Assembly: GCA_963674945.2 (NCBI GenBank)
Contig: CAXXWQ010000002.1
Span: forward strand, 256,001-320,000
From: an uncultured Desulfosarcina sp.
GTDB lineage: Bacteria > Desulfobacterota > Desulfobacteria > Desulfobacterales > Desulfosarcinaceae
Direction of reading: 5' to 3'
Length of the DNA: 64,000 nucleotides
Shown: piece after piece, positions 9,878 through 20,374 of the stretch
Layout: the number at the start of each line of letters is the position of its first letter
Numbering within the stretch: the stretch's first letter is position 1
Made by a program: the position numbers and the translations under genes
The notes under the pieces: model-generated
Databases searched by the model: none
What the model was told of the DNA's origin: nothing
What the model saw: only the letters and a program-made list of their open reading frames with translations

Positions 9878-10730
9878 TTACTGAACCACTACTCGCATTC
9901 GACCGATGTTCTGGACGAGGGCGTAGGGTGTTTCGGTATCCCCCTCCCTCTGCGAAGCGACGCGAATCACGGGAAAATATGTCCCAGGTTCCGAATAGGC
10001 ATACGTGGCAGATAACATCACCTGATTGCCCGATGTGTCGATATTGCCAAGAGGCGCCGCAACCGGATCGGTGCCGGCACCCTCGAAATCCCATTGCGCG
10101 GAAACAACCTTTCCCGTATTTGGCGGTACTTCGATGACCGCCGAGAACGCGACAGTCTCTCCGGCCGCAATCTCAACGCGTTCTTTTCCATCGGCACTCA
10201 GGGTTACAACTGGCTGAATGCCGCTATGCTCCGCAGCTGTCTCAGGTACTTCCACTTGGCCATCGATCACCTCATACGTAGTACTCATAGGTGGCGGAAC
10301 GCCGTCTTCGACCCATGCACTTAGCTCACGCAGCGCCTGTTCTATCGCTCCTATGTAGTCAACGGTGTGCGCTTGGGCGATAAGATCACTCTCCTCAGGC
10401 GTTTTGTGCTGGGCATGATCGATAAACCAGAGTCGGTGATTATCGTCAAGGTTCGATCCCAGCGCTTCTTCGACTCGCGAACGATACCAGTCGGCCTGCC
10501 AGGGGAGGGAATCCATATCCATCAATGTCTGCACCACGATTATCTTTCCATCAAATTGACCCGTCTGGTGAGACCCTGCCGCATTGAATGCACCAACCGG
10601 ACCCAGCAGGACATCTCTCTGTGGGTATATCGGAGTGCCATCGGGTTTTCTGAATTGATCCCATACATACATGTCAGGTGTCGGAATATAGTGACGGTGA
10701 TAGGTTTGCAGGGCGAGATAATCCGAAGAA
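9878..10730 (-). pseudogene. 3' fragment of an alpha/beta-hydrolase-like protein with C-terminal PKD-like domain
   Basis: YLALQTYHRH...WDQFR...PIYPQR...WDFEGAG...YSEPGTYFPVIRV. No signal peptide or convincing start; the ORF begins inside the end of the upstream gene. Confidence 0.6.
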
Positions 10731-10736
10731 AACATT

Positions 10737-12350
10737 CTATTCAACCTCGATTCCGACACAGCCCAATCCAGATATCACCTTCGCAATAATTTCGTCGAAT
10801 TTGATATAGTGCCGTATCAAGACGCGGCCGCGTTTGGGAAAGTCGGGTTTGCATGCAAGCAGGTCTTTGCCGGCTTGAATTCCCTCTTCGATTCTTCCCA
10901 ACAAACCCAATATAGCGGCTTTCATGAGTGGCTCCCAAAATAGCAGGGGCCTTTTGAAATGAAGGGTTTCATCGTACGCCCGGTCGTATTTCTCCTGCCG
11001 GACCCAATCGACCCACAACGCGTAGTGAACGGTAATGTTATAGTACGGGTTTTGTTCGATGGTTTGCCTGATGAGCGCCGGACCCCGTTGCCAGTCGCCG
11101 AAAAGGGTCATGAGGTATCCAAAATTTTCAAGAAAAACCAATGAGTTCGGATTCAATTGCAATGCACGGTCGACCTCGGCCAGACCCGCAGAGAGTTCAT
11201 TTTCAAACAACAGAATGAAGGCCATGACTGTCCTGACCCGTTGGTTGGCCGGTTCGAGTCTTACACTTTTCTCGGCATAGATTTTGGCTTTGTCGATGGG
11301 TGTTTTTAGGTCGAGCAATTCCAGGCTGTAATTGAGGGAATAGAGGCGGGCGAGCATGCTCCATGCGAGTCCACACTCCGGCTCTTTTTCACACGCCTGC
11401 CGGAGTGCCGCAAAGGAATCCATAAAGGTCTGGGGGGAAAAGTCCATCAAAAACTGGTAAAATCGCAGGATCGCCTGGTGGGTACTAAGCTCCAAGGGGG
11501 GGATTCTTTTGGACTCAATCGACAGGGTTTTCACGATCACCCCATCTTCACTGGTGATCTTACCGACAACCGCCGCGGCAATTCTCTCCTCGAAGGAAAT
11601 CAGCCGGGAGGGGTTGAAATCGGATTGATACGCGTCCATCCAGATATGAATGCCCGTTTGTGCGTCGGCCAGACTGACGATCACTTTCAGGCCGGTCATA
11701 TCCTTGTTGACACTTCCGCAGAGCACGAAGCGTGCCCCGATATCCGTGGCACGTCGCAGACCTTTCTCGGGGCTTTGCCGCAGAACACGGATCTCCTGGT
11801 AGCGCGTGATTTCCAGGGCGATCTCCGTGGCGATACCAATCCCGATGTAATCCAACTCCCCATTGCCGGTAAGGTTCTCCAGTGACTGAACGAGGATTGT
11901 GGGCCAGACGTTGGCTTCGGATGACGCAAGTTTTTCGTTGGGTTGAATCGGTCTTTGAAAGCCGACATTTTCTGTCCGGTGAAATACGGGGACGTAGGTG
12001 CCCTTGGGGATGTCGATGCGGATGGGATCGTTTCGGCCGGCCACCAGATAGTAGCGTTCAAGTGCCCTCCGGAGCTTGTTGGCCTGAATGCTCACGATGG
12101 GATCGGTTGCCTGGTCGAAATCATCTTGCCGACCGAACACCTCGGTTGCGACCGTGTATCCCTTGATTTCGTCCGCCTGCCCGGCCAGGGCTTTGTTGAT
12201 CACATATTGGAAGAATGCGCGCTGGGCATCCGTGGCTTTGAACTCGGCAGAGTTCAAGATACGGTCCGACTGCGCATGAATGGCCGAAGGTGGAAATTCG
12301 GCGTCCTCCACATGGGCCGTTACCGGTTTCGTTATTTTACTCTTGGGCAT
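10737..12350 (-). CDS. Putative regulator: N-terminal wHTH-like domain, TolB-N-like domain and TPR repeats
   Basis: IKGYTVATEVFGR.DDFD...DPIVSIQANKLRRALERYY...IDIPKGTYVPVF, followed by TPR-like helices (ALQLNPN). Confidence 0.75.
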   Translation of the reverse strand: MPKSKITKPVTAHVEDAEFPPSAIHAQSDRILNSAEFKATDAQRAFFQYVINKALAGQADEIKGYTVATEVFGRQDDFDQATDPIVSIQANKLRRALERYYLVAGRNDPIRIDIPKGTYVPVFHRTENVGFQRPIQPNEKLASSEANVWPTILVQSLENLTGNGELDYIGIGIATEIALEITRYQEIRVLRQSPEKGLRRATDIGARFVLCGSVNKDMTGLKVIVSLADAQTGIHIWMDAYQSDFNPSRLISFEERIAAAVVGKITSEDGVIVKTLSIESKRIPPLELSTHQAILRFYQFLMDFSPQTFMDSFAALRQACEKEPECGLAWSMLARLYSLNYSLELLDLKTPIDKAKIYAEKSVRLEPANQRVRTVMAFILLFENELSAGLAEVDRALQLNPNSLVFLENFGYLMTLFGDWQRGPALIRQTIEQNPYYNITVHYALWVDWVRQEKYDRAYDETLHFKRPLLFWEPLMKAAILGLLGRIEEGIQAGKDLLACKPDFPKRGRVLIRHYIKFDEIIAKVISGLGCVGIEVE

Positions 12351-12610
12351 TATTCGCCCCTTATCTTCACAGTGTGTTTCCAGCCAATGGGAATTCTGGC
12401 GGTGTCACAACCGGGCGTGATCTGGTGCCCGTCAGGAAATCCCTTTTCGGGATAGTTGTTCGCATTTTAATCAGGGAACTGTTAGCGGCGTGCTAAAAAA
12501 ACGAGACGTAATTTAACCTATAATAGGTTTTCATGGTTCCCATTTCCTATTACATAATTTTTTGAGATATTCAATATTCTATGCCCCCCAAAGATGCAAC
12601 GGGTGAATTT

Positions 12611-12862
12611 ATGTCGGTGATCCAACCAGGTCTGTTTTTGGTCATGATGCGATTTCCACCGTACAGAGATAGACTACGCCGCATGTATCGAAACCACCAG
12701 TCGTTTCAGTCCCTCTGCGAAGATTATGAAAAATGCTCCCGTGCAAAGGCATACTGGATGAGGTCCAGGCATGATCAGGCGGAACAGAGGTATCGCGAAT
12801 ACCAGAAATTGATAGAAGAGCTGGAGATGGAGATCCGGCAGCGTATCGATGAGATGCGATAA
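12611..12862 (+). CDS. Small helical hypothetical protein
   Basis: RFP..RDRLRRMY....FQSLCEDY..C...YW...EYQKLIEELEMEI; divergent from the TPR regulator. The start could be 12581. Confidence 0.65.
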   Translation: MSVIQPGLFLVMMRFPPYRDRLRRMYRNHQSFQSLCEDYEKCSRAKAYWMRSRHDQAEQRYREYQKLIEELEMEIRQRIDEMR

Positions 12863-12903
12863 ACCACTCAACCATTTTCCGTGAAAAAAGGAGAGGCACC
12901 CCA

Positions 12904-14010
12904 ATGAAAAAAGGAAGCAGCTGCATTTTCGCAATCCTCATCGCCGTGATTGCGTTGACCTCAATCGACACCCAGGCCTTCGAGATCATCACCCGTGAGA
13001 TGATGGAAAGAGAGGTCGTCACGGAAGTCGATCTGATTCGAACCGTGGACAATTTCATCATCCTGTTCGATACATCCGGTACGACCAACCAAATGGTGCC
13101 CGGCACCTCCATTTCGAAAATCCAGGCCGCCAAGGCATTTTTGAAGGAACGCAATAGCTGGCTGCCGGAGCTGGGCTTTGAGGCGGGTCTGTACGAGTAC
13201 ACCAACAATGAGACCCTTGCCGGAACCTTCAAGGAGATCTACGGGATGAGGCCGTATGACCGCGAATCTTTCGCTGCGGCCATCGACCAACTGCCGGAAA
13301 AGGGCCAGGGACCGGCCATGCTGGGGGAAGGTCTTCGTGGCCTGCGCAAGGTGCTCGCCGGTCTTACCGGAAAGACGGCGGTCATCATGTTTACCGACGG
13401 CAGCTTCACGGTCAATCGCGGCACCAAGCGTCCCTTGCAGATCGCCCAGGAGATCGCCGCACAGCACGATGTCTGTTTCTATCTGATCAGCAGTGCCACG
13501 GAATCGGTCAATGTCCAGTTGCTGGAAGCGGTTTCTAAGGTCAACGCCTGCTCCCGCGTCGTTCCCATCCAGCTGTTTATAGAATATCCGCAATATCTGG
13601 GCGGCGCCCTGTTTACCGTCAGATCAACCAGCTATGAACGTCTGCGGCCAACCACCAAAGTCGTCGGTTTCGTCGCCCAGGATATGCTGTTCGATTTTGA
13701 CAGTCCGCAGATCCGGGAAGATTATTTCGAAAAACTCGGCATGCTGGGCGATTACCTGAAAAAAAATCCCAAGGCTTACGTGGTGGCTGCGGGCTTCACC
13801 GACGACACCGGCGACGAGGATTACAATCTGGCGCTCTCAAAGCGGCGTGTCTCCAGCGTCAAGGATCATCTCGTAACAAACTATGGAATCGATCCGGACC
13901 GTATCGTGACCCTGTGGTTCGGTGGGTTTAATCCCGTCGCCGATAACGGCACCCCCCCAGGCCGGCAGCGAAACCGCCGGGTTGAGGTTGCCGTGGGCAC
14001 CGGAAACTAA
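12904..14010 (+). CDS. Secreted vWA-domain plus OmpA C-terminal (peptidoglycan-binding) protein
   Basis: Signal peptide, LFDTSGT and FTDG (MIDAS-like), GFTDDTG..YNLALSKRR, NRRVE. Confidence 0.85.
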   Translation: MKKGSSCIFAILIAVIALTSIDTQAFEIITREMMEREVVTEVDLIRTVDNFIILFDTSGTTNQMVPGTSISKIQAAKAFLKERNSWLPELGFEAGLYEYTNNETLAGTFKEIYGMRPYDRESFAAAIDQLPEKGQGPAMLGEGLRGLRKVLAGLTGKTAVIMFTDGSFTVNRGTKRPLQIAQEIAAQHDVCFYLISSATESVNVQLLEAVSKVNACSRVVPIQLFIEYPQYLGGALFTVRSTSYERLRPTTKVVGFVAQDMLFDFDSPQIREDYFEKLGMLGDYLKKNPKAYVVAAGFTDDTGDEDYNLALSKRRVSSVKDHLVTNYGIDPDRIVTLWFGGFNPVADNGTPPGRQRNRRVEVAVGTGN

Positions 14011-14029
14011 CCAATCCTGGAGAATCCTC

Positions 14030-15559
14030 ATGGGAAAATCTTTCACAATCAAACTCGCTCTACTCCTTATCTTCTCGGTGGTGGGGAGCGGGTGTGTCCA
14101 CACCGTCGCCCCTCCCCAAATGCGCATGACCACACAGATTCCTGAATCGATCATCGTTCCGGACAAGATCGAGACAAGATTGGGTACACTCGAGTTCTTC
14201 GACGGGTTCCCTGCGGATGAAACCGTCCAGAAAATGCATGACTATCTCTATTTTCACAGGGCCGTCGATGTGTTTCTGGATGAGATGAGCGCGGCTTCCA
14301 TTTTCGCAATTCGTGAGGGACTCAAAAGTGTCGGGGTCCATGAATGCCACCAGATGGCCCTCTTCGAAAGCCTGATGGATTCTAAAGCGCTGTGGCTGAC
14401 CGCCAATACGGAAACGGTATATGCCTCCAATTTTCTCGATCTGAAAAAAGACGGGCCCGTCGTGATCGAATCTCCGCCCAATGTCCTGGGCATTTTAGAC
14501 GACATGTGGATGCGCTATGTGGGCGATATCGGCAATGCCGGCCCGGACAAAGGACAGGGCGGCAAATTCCTGATCCTTCCTCCCGGGTTCGACGGCGATG
14601 TTCCTGAGGGTTACCACGTGTTTCGGTCCAGAACGTACGGCGTGTGGTTTATCGTCAGGGGGTTTTTCGTCGATGGCGATCCCGGACCGGCAGTGGAAAG
14701 CTTCCGGCGTGACCTCCGCATCTATCCTCTCTCAGCAGCCGACAATCCTCCGGCCATGGCGTTTATAAATGCCTCGGGTGTGCCTCACAATACCATCCAC
14801 GCCAATAATCATATGTTTTATGAAGAGCTGAACGCCGTTGTGCAGGAGGAACATGAGGACGCCATCGATGCCGAAAGAAAAGGCAGACTGGCCCTGCTGG
14901 GCATCATCAAAGGCCATGCCTTCAACCCGGCTGAGCGCCTGAAGTTGATCATGGATGAATCGGCCTATACGGGCGCCGCCATTGCCAGGACCCTCTCCTG
15001 GGCATCCACCGACCCAACGGTCTTTTTCTACGAGGATGATCCCACCTGGTTCAGCGCCTTTGCCATTGGAAATCATGAGTTCTTGTCCAAAGAGGGATGG
15101 CTGCACCGGGATGCCCGCACCATGTTCATGTACAACGCCATCGGCATCACCCCGGCCATGGCGGTGGCCATGCCGGGCGTCGGCTCTCAATATGCTGCCG
15201 CGGCAAAGGATTCGGAAGGGAACTGGCTGGATGGGAGCAAAACCTACAAACTGACATTGCCGCCGAATGTGCCGGCCAAGGATTTCTGGTCGGTGGTGTT
15301 GTATGACCCCCAGACCCGCTCCATGCTGCAGAGCGATCAACAGTTCCCGAGCCTCAACAGCCAGAGTGGAAAGGTTGAGATAAACGATGACGGTTCAACC
15401 GATGTTTATTTCGGTCCCGAAGCCCCGGCATACAAGGAGAACAATTGGGTGCAGACGGTTTCCGGTAAAGGTTTCTGGCTCATTCTTCGGTTGTACGGTC
15501 CTTTGGAACCCTGGTTTGACAAAACCTGGCGGCCGGGAAAAATTGAATTGATTGAGTAA
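14030..15559 (+). CDS. DUF1254/DUF1214 domain lipoprotein
   Basis: Lipobox-like GSGC, TANTETVY, GPDKGQGGKFL, GSQY, FWSVVLYD, RLYGP...W.PG. Confidence 0.85.
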   Translation: MGKSFTIKLALLLIFSVVGSGCVHTVAPPQMRMTTQIPESIIVPDKIETRLGTLEFFDGFPADETVQKMHDYLYFHRAVDVFLDEMSAASIFAIREGLKSVGVHECHQMALFESLMDSKALWLTANTETVYASNFLDLKKDGPVVIESPPNVLGILDDMWMRYVGDIGNAGPDKGQGGKFLILPPGFDGDVPEGYHVFRSRTYGVWFIVRGFFVDGDPGPAVESFRRDLRIYPLSAADNPPAMAFINASGVPHNTIHANNHMFYEELNAVVQEEHEDAIDAERKGRLALLGIIKGHAFNPAERLKLIMDESAYTGAAIARTLSWASTDPTVFFYEDDPTWFSAFAIGNHEFLSKEGWLHRDARTMFMYNAIGITPAMAVAMPGVGSQYAAAAKDSEGNWLDGSKTYKLTLPPNVPAKDFWSVVLYDPQTRSMLQSDQQFPSLNSQSGKVEINDDGSTDVYFGPEAPAYKENNWVQTVSGKGFWLILRLYGPLEPWFDKTWRPGKIELIE

Positions 15560-15589
15560 GAAAAAAGTACACGAAAGGGAGAGATCAAT

Positions 15590-17128
15590 ATGAATGATTT
15601 CAAAAAAATGAGCAAAGGATTTCTCGTTGCCTGCATGGTCACTCTTTTCCTGTCAAGCATCGTCGGCGCAAAAGAAATTCCAAAGGGCTATAACACACCG
15701 ATTCCCAGTTCCATCATGACACCGGACAAGGTGAAAACCCGCATTGGAACGCTCGAATTCTTTGACGGTGTCCCGTCCAAAGAAACAGCGAAAGTGGCTC
15801 TTGATAACTTGACCTTTCTTCGCGGCGTGGAGGCCTTTCTCAACGGCGTGCCCATGGCATCCATCCATGCGCTTGTGGAAGGATATAAAAGTATCGGGGT
15901 CACGGAAGCGAACCATATGATCGTGACCGATAAATTGATGGACTCAAATCCGCTCTTTCTCACAGCCAACACGGATACGGTGTATGCCTTCAGTTTCTTC
16001 GATCTGGAGAAAACCGGGCCGCTGGTCATTGAAGTCCCGCCGGGAACAGGGCCGGGAACGGTCAATGACGCCTATTTCCGTTTTGTTGTGGATATGGGAG
16101 CGCCGGGTCCGGATCGAGGCAAAGGCGGAAAATACCTGATCCTTCCTCCGGGTTATGAGAAAGAGGCGCCAGAGGGGTACTTTGTCGCGAAATCGCCAAG
16201 CTACATCAACCTGTTCGTTCTCAGAGGATTTCTTGTGGACGGCAAACCCGATTCAGCCGCCAAAATGTTCTCCGAGCAGGTGCATGTCTATCCGCTCTCC
16301 CAAAAAGACAACCCGCCCAAGATGGTGATCACCTCGGGATCGGGCGTCTCATACAACACCATCCACGCCAATGACTTCACCTTTTATGAAGAGATAAACG
16401 ATGTGCTGCAAAAAGAACCCGTTGATTTCATCGATCCGGAACTGCGCGGCCTGTTCGCCGGTATCGGCCTGCAAAAAGGCAAAGAATTCAAGCCGACGCC
16501 AGAGCTTAAAAAGATCCTGACCGATGCGGTGGCCGTGGCCAATGCCACGGCACGCGCCTTGATTTTCCATACTCCCCAGAAAGAGGCCTACCTGTATGAG
16601 AACTCCTATTGGAAGACAGCCTTTATCGGCGGCAACCATGAGTGGCTCAAAGATGAAGGCACGGGCGGACGCTACCTGGATGCACGCACCCTCTTTTTCT
16701 ATGGTGCGACGGTGAACACCCCTGCCATGGTGATGCAAATGGTGGGTGTGGGATCGCAATACGCCATGATTACCCAGGACAGTAAGGGGAACGTTCTGGA
16801 TGGCGGGAAAACCTATAAGTTGAATATCCCGGCCAACGTACCGGCCAAGGATTTCTGGTCGGTTGTGATCTATGACCCGCAAACGCGATCAGAACTACAA
16901 ACCTCCAATCCCTTCCCGAGCAAAAACAGCGAGGCCGACAAGATGGTCGCCAATGCCGACGGGTCCATCGACCTCTACTTCGGGCCTGAAGCACCCAAAG
17001 GCAAAGAAAACAACTGGATAGAAACCGTGCCCGACAAATCCTGGTTTCCGATCCTGCGCCTTTATGGCCCCCTGGAACCATGGTTTGAGAAGACCTGGAA
17101 ACCTGGTGAGATCGAGCTGGTCAAATAA
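15590..17128 (+). CDS. DUF1254/DUF1214 domain protein (tandem paralogue)
   Basis: Signal peptide, TANTDTVY, GPDRGKGGKYL, FWSVVIYD, RLYGP. Confidence 0.87.
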   Translation: MNDFKKMSKGFLVACMVTLFLSSIVGAKEIPKGYNTPIPSSIMTPDKVKTRIGTLEFFDGVPSKETAKVALDNLTFLRGVEAFLNGVPMASIHALVEGYKSIGVTEANHMIVTDKLMDSNPLFLTANTDTVYAFSFFDLEKTGPLVIEVPPGTGPGTVNDAYFRFVVDMGAPGPDRGKGGKYLILPPGYEKEAPEGYFVAKSPSYINLFVLRGFLVDGKPDSAAKMFSEQVHVYPLSQKDNPPKMVITSGSGVSYNTIHANDFTFYEEINDVLQKEPVDFIDPELRGLFAGIGLQKGKEFKPTPELKKILTDAVAVANATARALIFHTPQKEAYLYENSYWKTAFIGGNHEWLKDEGTGGRYLDARTLFFYGATVNTPAMVMQMVGVGSQYAMITQDSKGNVLDGGKTYKLNIPANVPAKDFWSVVIYDPQTRSELQTSNPFPSKNSEADKMVANADGSIDLYFGPEAPKGKENNWIETVPDKSWFPILRLYGPLEPWFEKTWKPGEIELVK

Positions 17129-17261
17129 CTGCCGCAGGTTGTCCCAGGAATCGGCAACAGCCTGCTGCCCTATAGGCCACGGTCAGATTAACGTGTGACA
17201 TATTGCTGCTCCAATACAGGGATCAACGGTTCGAGAGAAATTATACCATTAAGGAGGTATC

Positions 17262-19736
17262 ATGAAAGTATTGAAGACCGTAATTATCTTTTTAGGAATT
17301 CTCTTCATTGCGTCCTGCAATCAGGCGGATGTCGCTCAAAAAACTGAAGACAGCAATCAGGTGGCCGTCGATCAAAAGATCGGAGACAGCAACGCCATCC
17401 CCTATCCGTTGGAGGAATGGAAAGGAGTCCAGGGCAAAACACTGGCGGACTCGAAACCCGATTTTATCGGACAACCCAAAGCGCCTGAAGGGGCTCCCAA
17501 TGTCCTGGTGATCATGCTGGATGATGCCGGTTATTCGAGTGCGACATCCTACGGGGGCGTCATGCGCACCCCCACGTTCGACCGTCTGGGGGACGAAGGC
17601 ATTCGATACACGCACATGTCCGTGGCTGCGGTTTGTTCACCCACCCGGGGCTCGCTGTTGACCGGCTACAATATTCACCAGATCGGCACCGGCATCATTT
17701 CAGAGTTTGCAACCGGCTATCCGGGGTACAATTCACAGATCGACTACACCACCCCATCCATTGCCAAGATTTTAACCGACAATGGATATGCCACGGCGGC
17801 TTTCGGCAAATGGCACAACACCCCCATGGAAGAGGCCTCGCCTGCCGGTCCTTTCGAGAGCTGGCCCACGGGCATCTGGGGGTTCGAGTATTTCTGGGGC
17901 TTTTTGGGCGGCGAGACCAACCAGTTCCACCCCTTATTATACGAAAACACCACGGCCATTGAAACTCCGAAAACCAATGCCGATGGATCGGAATTCCATT
18001 TATCCCAGGGTATGGCCGACCAGGCCATCAAATGGCTGGACAACTGGAAAGGGCTGCGGGATGTGCCTTTCTTTGTCTACTACACGCCGGGTGCGGTTCA
18101 TGCGCCCATCCAGGTACCCAAAGAGTGGCGCGACAAGTACAAGGGACAGTTCGATGAAGGCTGGCATGCCTATAGGGCCCAGCAACTTGAACGCCAGAAA
18201 AAGCTGGGTCTGGTTCCCGAAGATGCCAAAATGGTTGATTGGCCTGAATCCATTCCCAAATGGGATTCCTTCAGCGAGGAGGGGAAACGGTATTTATCAC
18301 GGCAGATGGAGGTCAATGCCGCTTTTCTGGAACACGTCGATTATCACATCGGACGGGTTATCGACCATATCGAGGAAATGGGCGAGCTGGACAACACCCT
18401 GGTGATTTATCTGACCGCGGACAACGGCTGCACCGCTGAAGGAACGCCCACCGGAACATTTTCCGAGCTGTTGATGCAGAACGGGTTCCCGCCACTGACC
18501 ATGGAACAGCAGCTGGAAAAACTCGAAGAGTTCGGAGGAATGGATGCCTGGGGCGGGCCGCACCTGGCCAACCATTATTCGGTCGGATGGGCGTATGCCT
18601 CATCCACCCCGTTCCAGTGGACCAAGCAGATGGCGTCCCATTTCGGCGGGACCATGTCCGCCACGGCCATACGATACCCCAAAGCCATTAAGGCCAGAGG
18701 AGAATGGCGAAGACAATTTCAGAACGTTACTGATTTGGTTCCCACGATTCTGGAAGTGACCGGTGTTCCTGCTCCCGATTATGTAAACGGACAGAAAAGA
18801 AAAGAATATCCGGGTAAATCGCTGACCTATGCATGGAACAATCCCGATGCCAAAACCAACCATCCCACCCAGTATTTTGAAATGCTGGGCTTCATGGGAC
18901 TGTATCATGACGGCTGGACCCTCTCCGGGAAGCCTTATCGTATTCCCTGGTCAGTTGATCCCGCGGCCCTTGCAAACTTCGATCCCCTGAATACAGAATG
19001 GGAACTGTATAATATTAATGAAGACCCCATCCAGCAGGTGAATGTGGCGGACAAGTACCCGAAAAAAGTTAAAGAACTGGATAAACTGTTCTGGGAAGAG
19101 GCGGACAAGTACGATGTGTATCCGATTGGTGGATCAATGGGTAAAATGCTGCAACCGGAATCCAATGCGCAGCAGGCAGCAAAACGGCATTGGGAGTTGA
19201 CGCCCAATGTATACCGGGTGCCCGAACTGGCAGGGCCCGAGATCAAATCCACCAACTATGAGGTCAATGCCTACATCACGGCCGACGAAACGACCGAGGG
19301 CGTGATTTATGCGGTGGGCGAGCATATCGGCGGCCAGGCCCTGTTTATCAAAGACGGGAAACTGAGATACAGCTATTCCACGCTTGGTCTGTACTGGCAC
19401 GATTTCGACGGCGATGTGAAAATACCGCACGGTGATATTAAGATCACCTTGAAACATACCATGAAAGAGCAAAAACTGAACGGCCCCTCTACCGTTGAAT
19501 TCTTCATCAACGATAAAAAGGTGGGTGAAATGGACATTACCGCGACTGTATATGGTTCTTATACAGCTCACGAAACGTTCGATATCGGCCGTGATGAAGG
19601 CATGCCGGTGAATGAGGAATATGCAGACCAGGGTAAATTTGAATTTACCCCGGGCCAGTTGCACAAGGTGGTGTTCGACATCAAGAATCCCGACGACCAG
19701 GAAACGAGTGCCACTGAGTACAGCATTATTGACTAG
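17262..19736 (+). CDS. Arylsulfatase (Cys-type), lipoprotein
   Basis: PNVLVIMLDD, CSPTRGSLLTG, GYATAAFGKWH, ADNG; lipobox IASC; AAGGAGG RBS. Confidence 0.92.
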   Translation: MKVLKTVIIFLGILFIASCNQADVAQKTEDSNQVAVDQKIGDSNAIPYPLEEWKGVQGKTLADSKPDFIGQPKAPEGAPNVLVIMLDDAGYSSATSYGGVMRTPTFDRLGDEGIRYTHMSVAAVCSPTRGSLLTGYNIHQIGTGIISEFATGYPGYNSQIDYTTPSIAKILTDNGYATAAFGKWHNTPMEEASPAGPFESWPTGIWGFEYFWGFLGGETNQFHPLLYENTTAIETPKTNADGSEFHLSQGMADQAIKWLDNWKGLRDVPFFVYYTPGAVHAPIQVPKEWRDKYKGQFDEGWHAYRAQQLERQKKLGLVPEDAKMVDWPESIPKWDSFSEEGKRYLSRQMEVNAAFLEHVDYHIGRVIDHIEEMGELDNTLVIYLTADNGCTAEGTPTGTFSELLMQNGFPPLTMEQQLEKLEEFGGMDAWGGPHLANHYSVGWAYASSTPFQWTKQMASHFGGTMSATAIRYPKAIKARGEWRRQFQNVTDLVPTILEVTGVPAPDYVNGQKRKEYPGKSLTYAWNNPDAKTNHPTQYFEMLGFMGLYHDGWTLSGKPYRIPWSVDPAALANFDPLNTEWELYNINEDPIQQVNVADKYPKKVKELDKLFWEEADKYDVYPIGGSMGKMLQPESNAQQAAKRHWELTPNVYRVPELAGPEIKSTNYEVNAYITADETTEGVIYAVGEHIGGQALFIKDGKLRYSYSTLGLYWHDFDGDVKIPHGDIKITLKHTMKEQKLNGPSTVEFFINDKKVGEMDITATVYGSYTAHETFDIGRDEGMPVNEEYADQGKFEFTPGQLHKVVFDIKNPDDQETSATEYSIID
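17317..17393 (+). repeat. Imperfect 36-bp tandem duplication in the sulfatase linker
   Basis: Encodes NQADVAQKTEDS NQVAVDQKIGDS. Confidence 0.6.
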
Positions 19737-19762
19737 ATGATGATTCATCTTAAAAAAAGCCG

Positions 19763-19867
19763 CAAGGGCTGTGGCCGCTATCCGATGGCTGCACCCTTGC
19801 GGGCCTTATCCCCGTTGCACTGGGCGGCGTATACCACTAGGCGGCGACGGGCAGGACATATGAGGTG
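19763..19867 (+). pseudogene. Degenerate copy of the 3' end of the 20375-20782 gene
   Basis: GVYH*AATGRTYEV versus GVYYQAAVGQTYEV; shared CAAGGGCT, GGCTGCACC, TTATCCC, GCACTGG blocks. Confidence 0.65.
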
Positions 19868-19869
19868 TT

Positions 19870-20244
19870 ATGCACCAACTGAACATGGGCAACAACACCA
19901 GCGTCGCTGAAATCGCGACCTACAAGCCCGTGACGATCGCCCGGAACAGTGGGTTGGGTTGGAACAAGGGTACGACCGTGATTCTCCTGGACGATGCTGA
20001 AGGCAACACCTGGGTCATGAAAGGGTTCGAGTTGGGCCTCGAACCGCAATATACGTACGATGAATTCCTGGCCGCCTTGCCAGGCGTTTACCAGAAGCTC
20101 CCGGAGGGGTGGAAGGTTCGGGTCAAGACGCTGGAGGAGGATCTGATCGAGAAGCCGGAAGGCGGAGTCGCCACCATCATGAAGGACGAATTCTTCAATG
20201 TCTATGACAAGACCGGACCAGGCATGACCAACTACAAGCCCTAG
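19870..20244 (+). CDS. Hypothetical protein, probably a C-terminal fragment
   Basis: Good coding-like composition; abuts the relic at 19763-19867; no signal peptide. Confidence 0.55.
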   Translation: MHQLNMGNNTSVAEIATYKPVTIARNSGLGWNKGTTVILLDDAEGNTWVMKGFELGLEPQYTYDEFLAALPGVYQKLPEGWKVRVKTLEEDLIEKPEGGVATIMKDEFFNVYDKTGPGMTNYKP

Positions 20245-20374
20245 TCATCCGACATTGGGTCGAACGAGACACAAGCAAGGATGACTACCATGAAAACTAC
20301 GCTTCTTTCCCTGGCTCAAAATAAGAAAGATAAGCCCTATGAAAAAGAGCCCGGATAGGACAGGCAAAGTGTAC

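Noticed and set aside
19837..19839. In-frame TAG as pyrrolysine readthrough
   Set aside because: It lies in a frameshifted relic, and no pyl genes are in the window.
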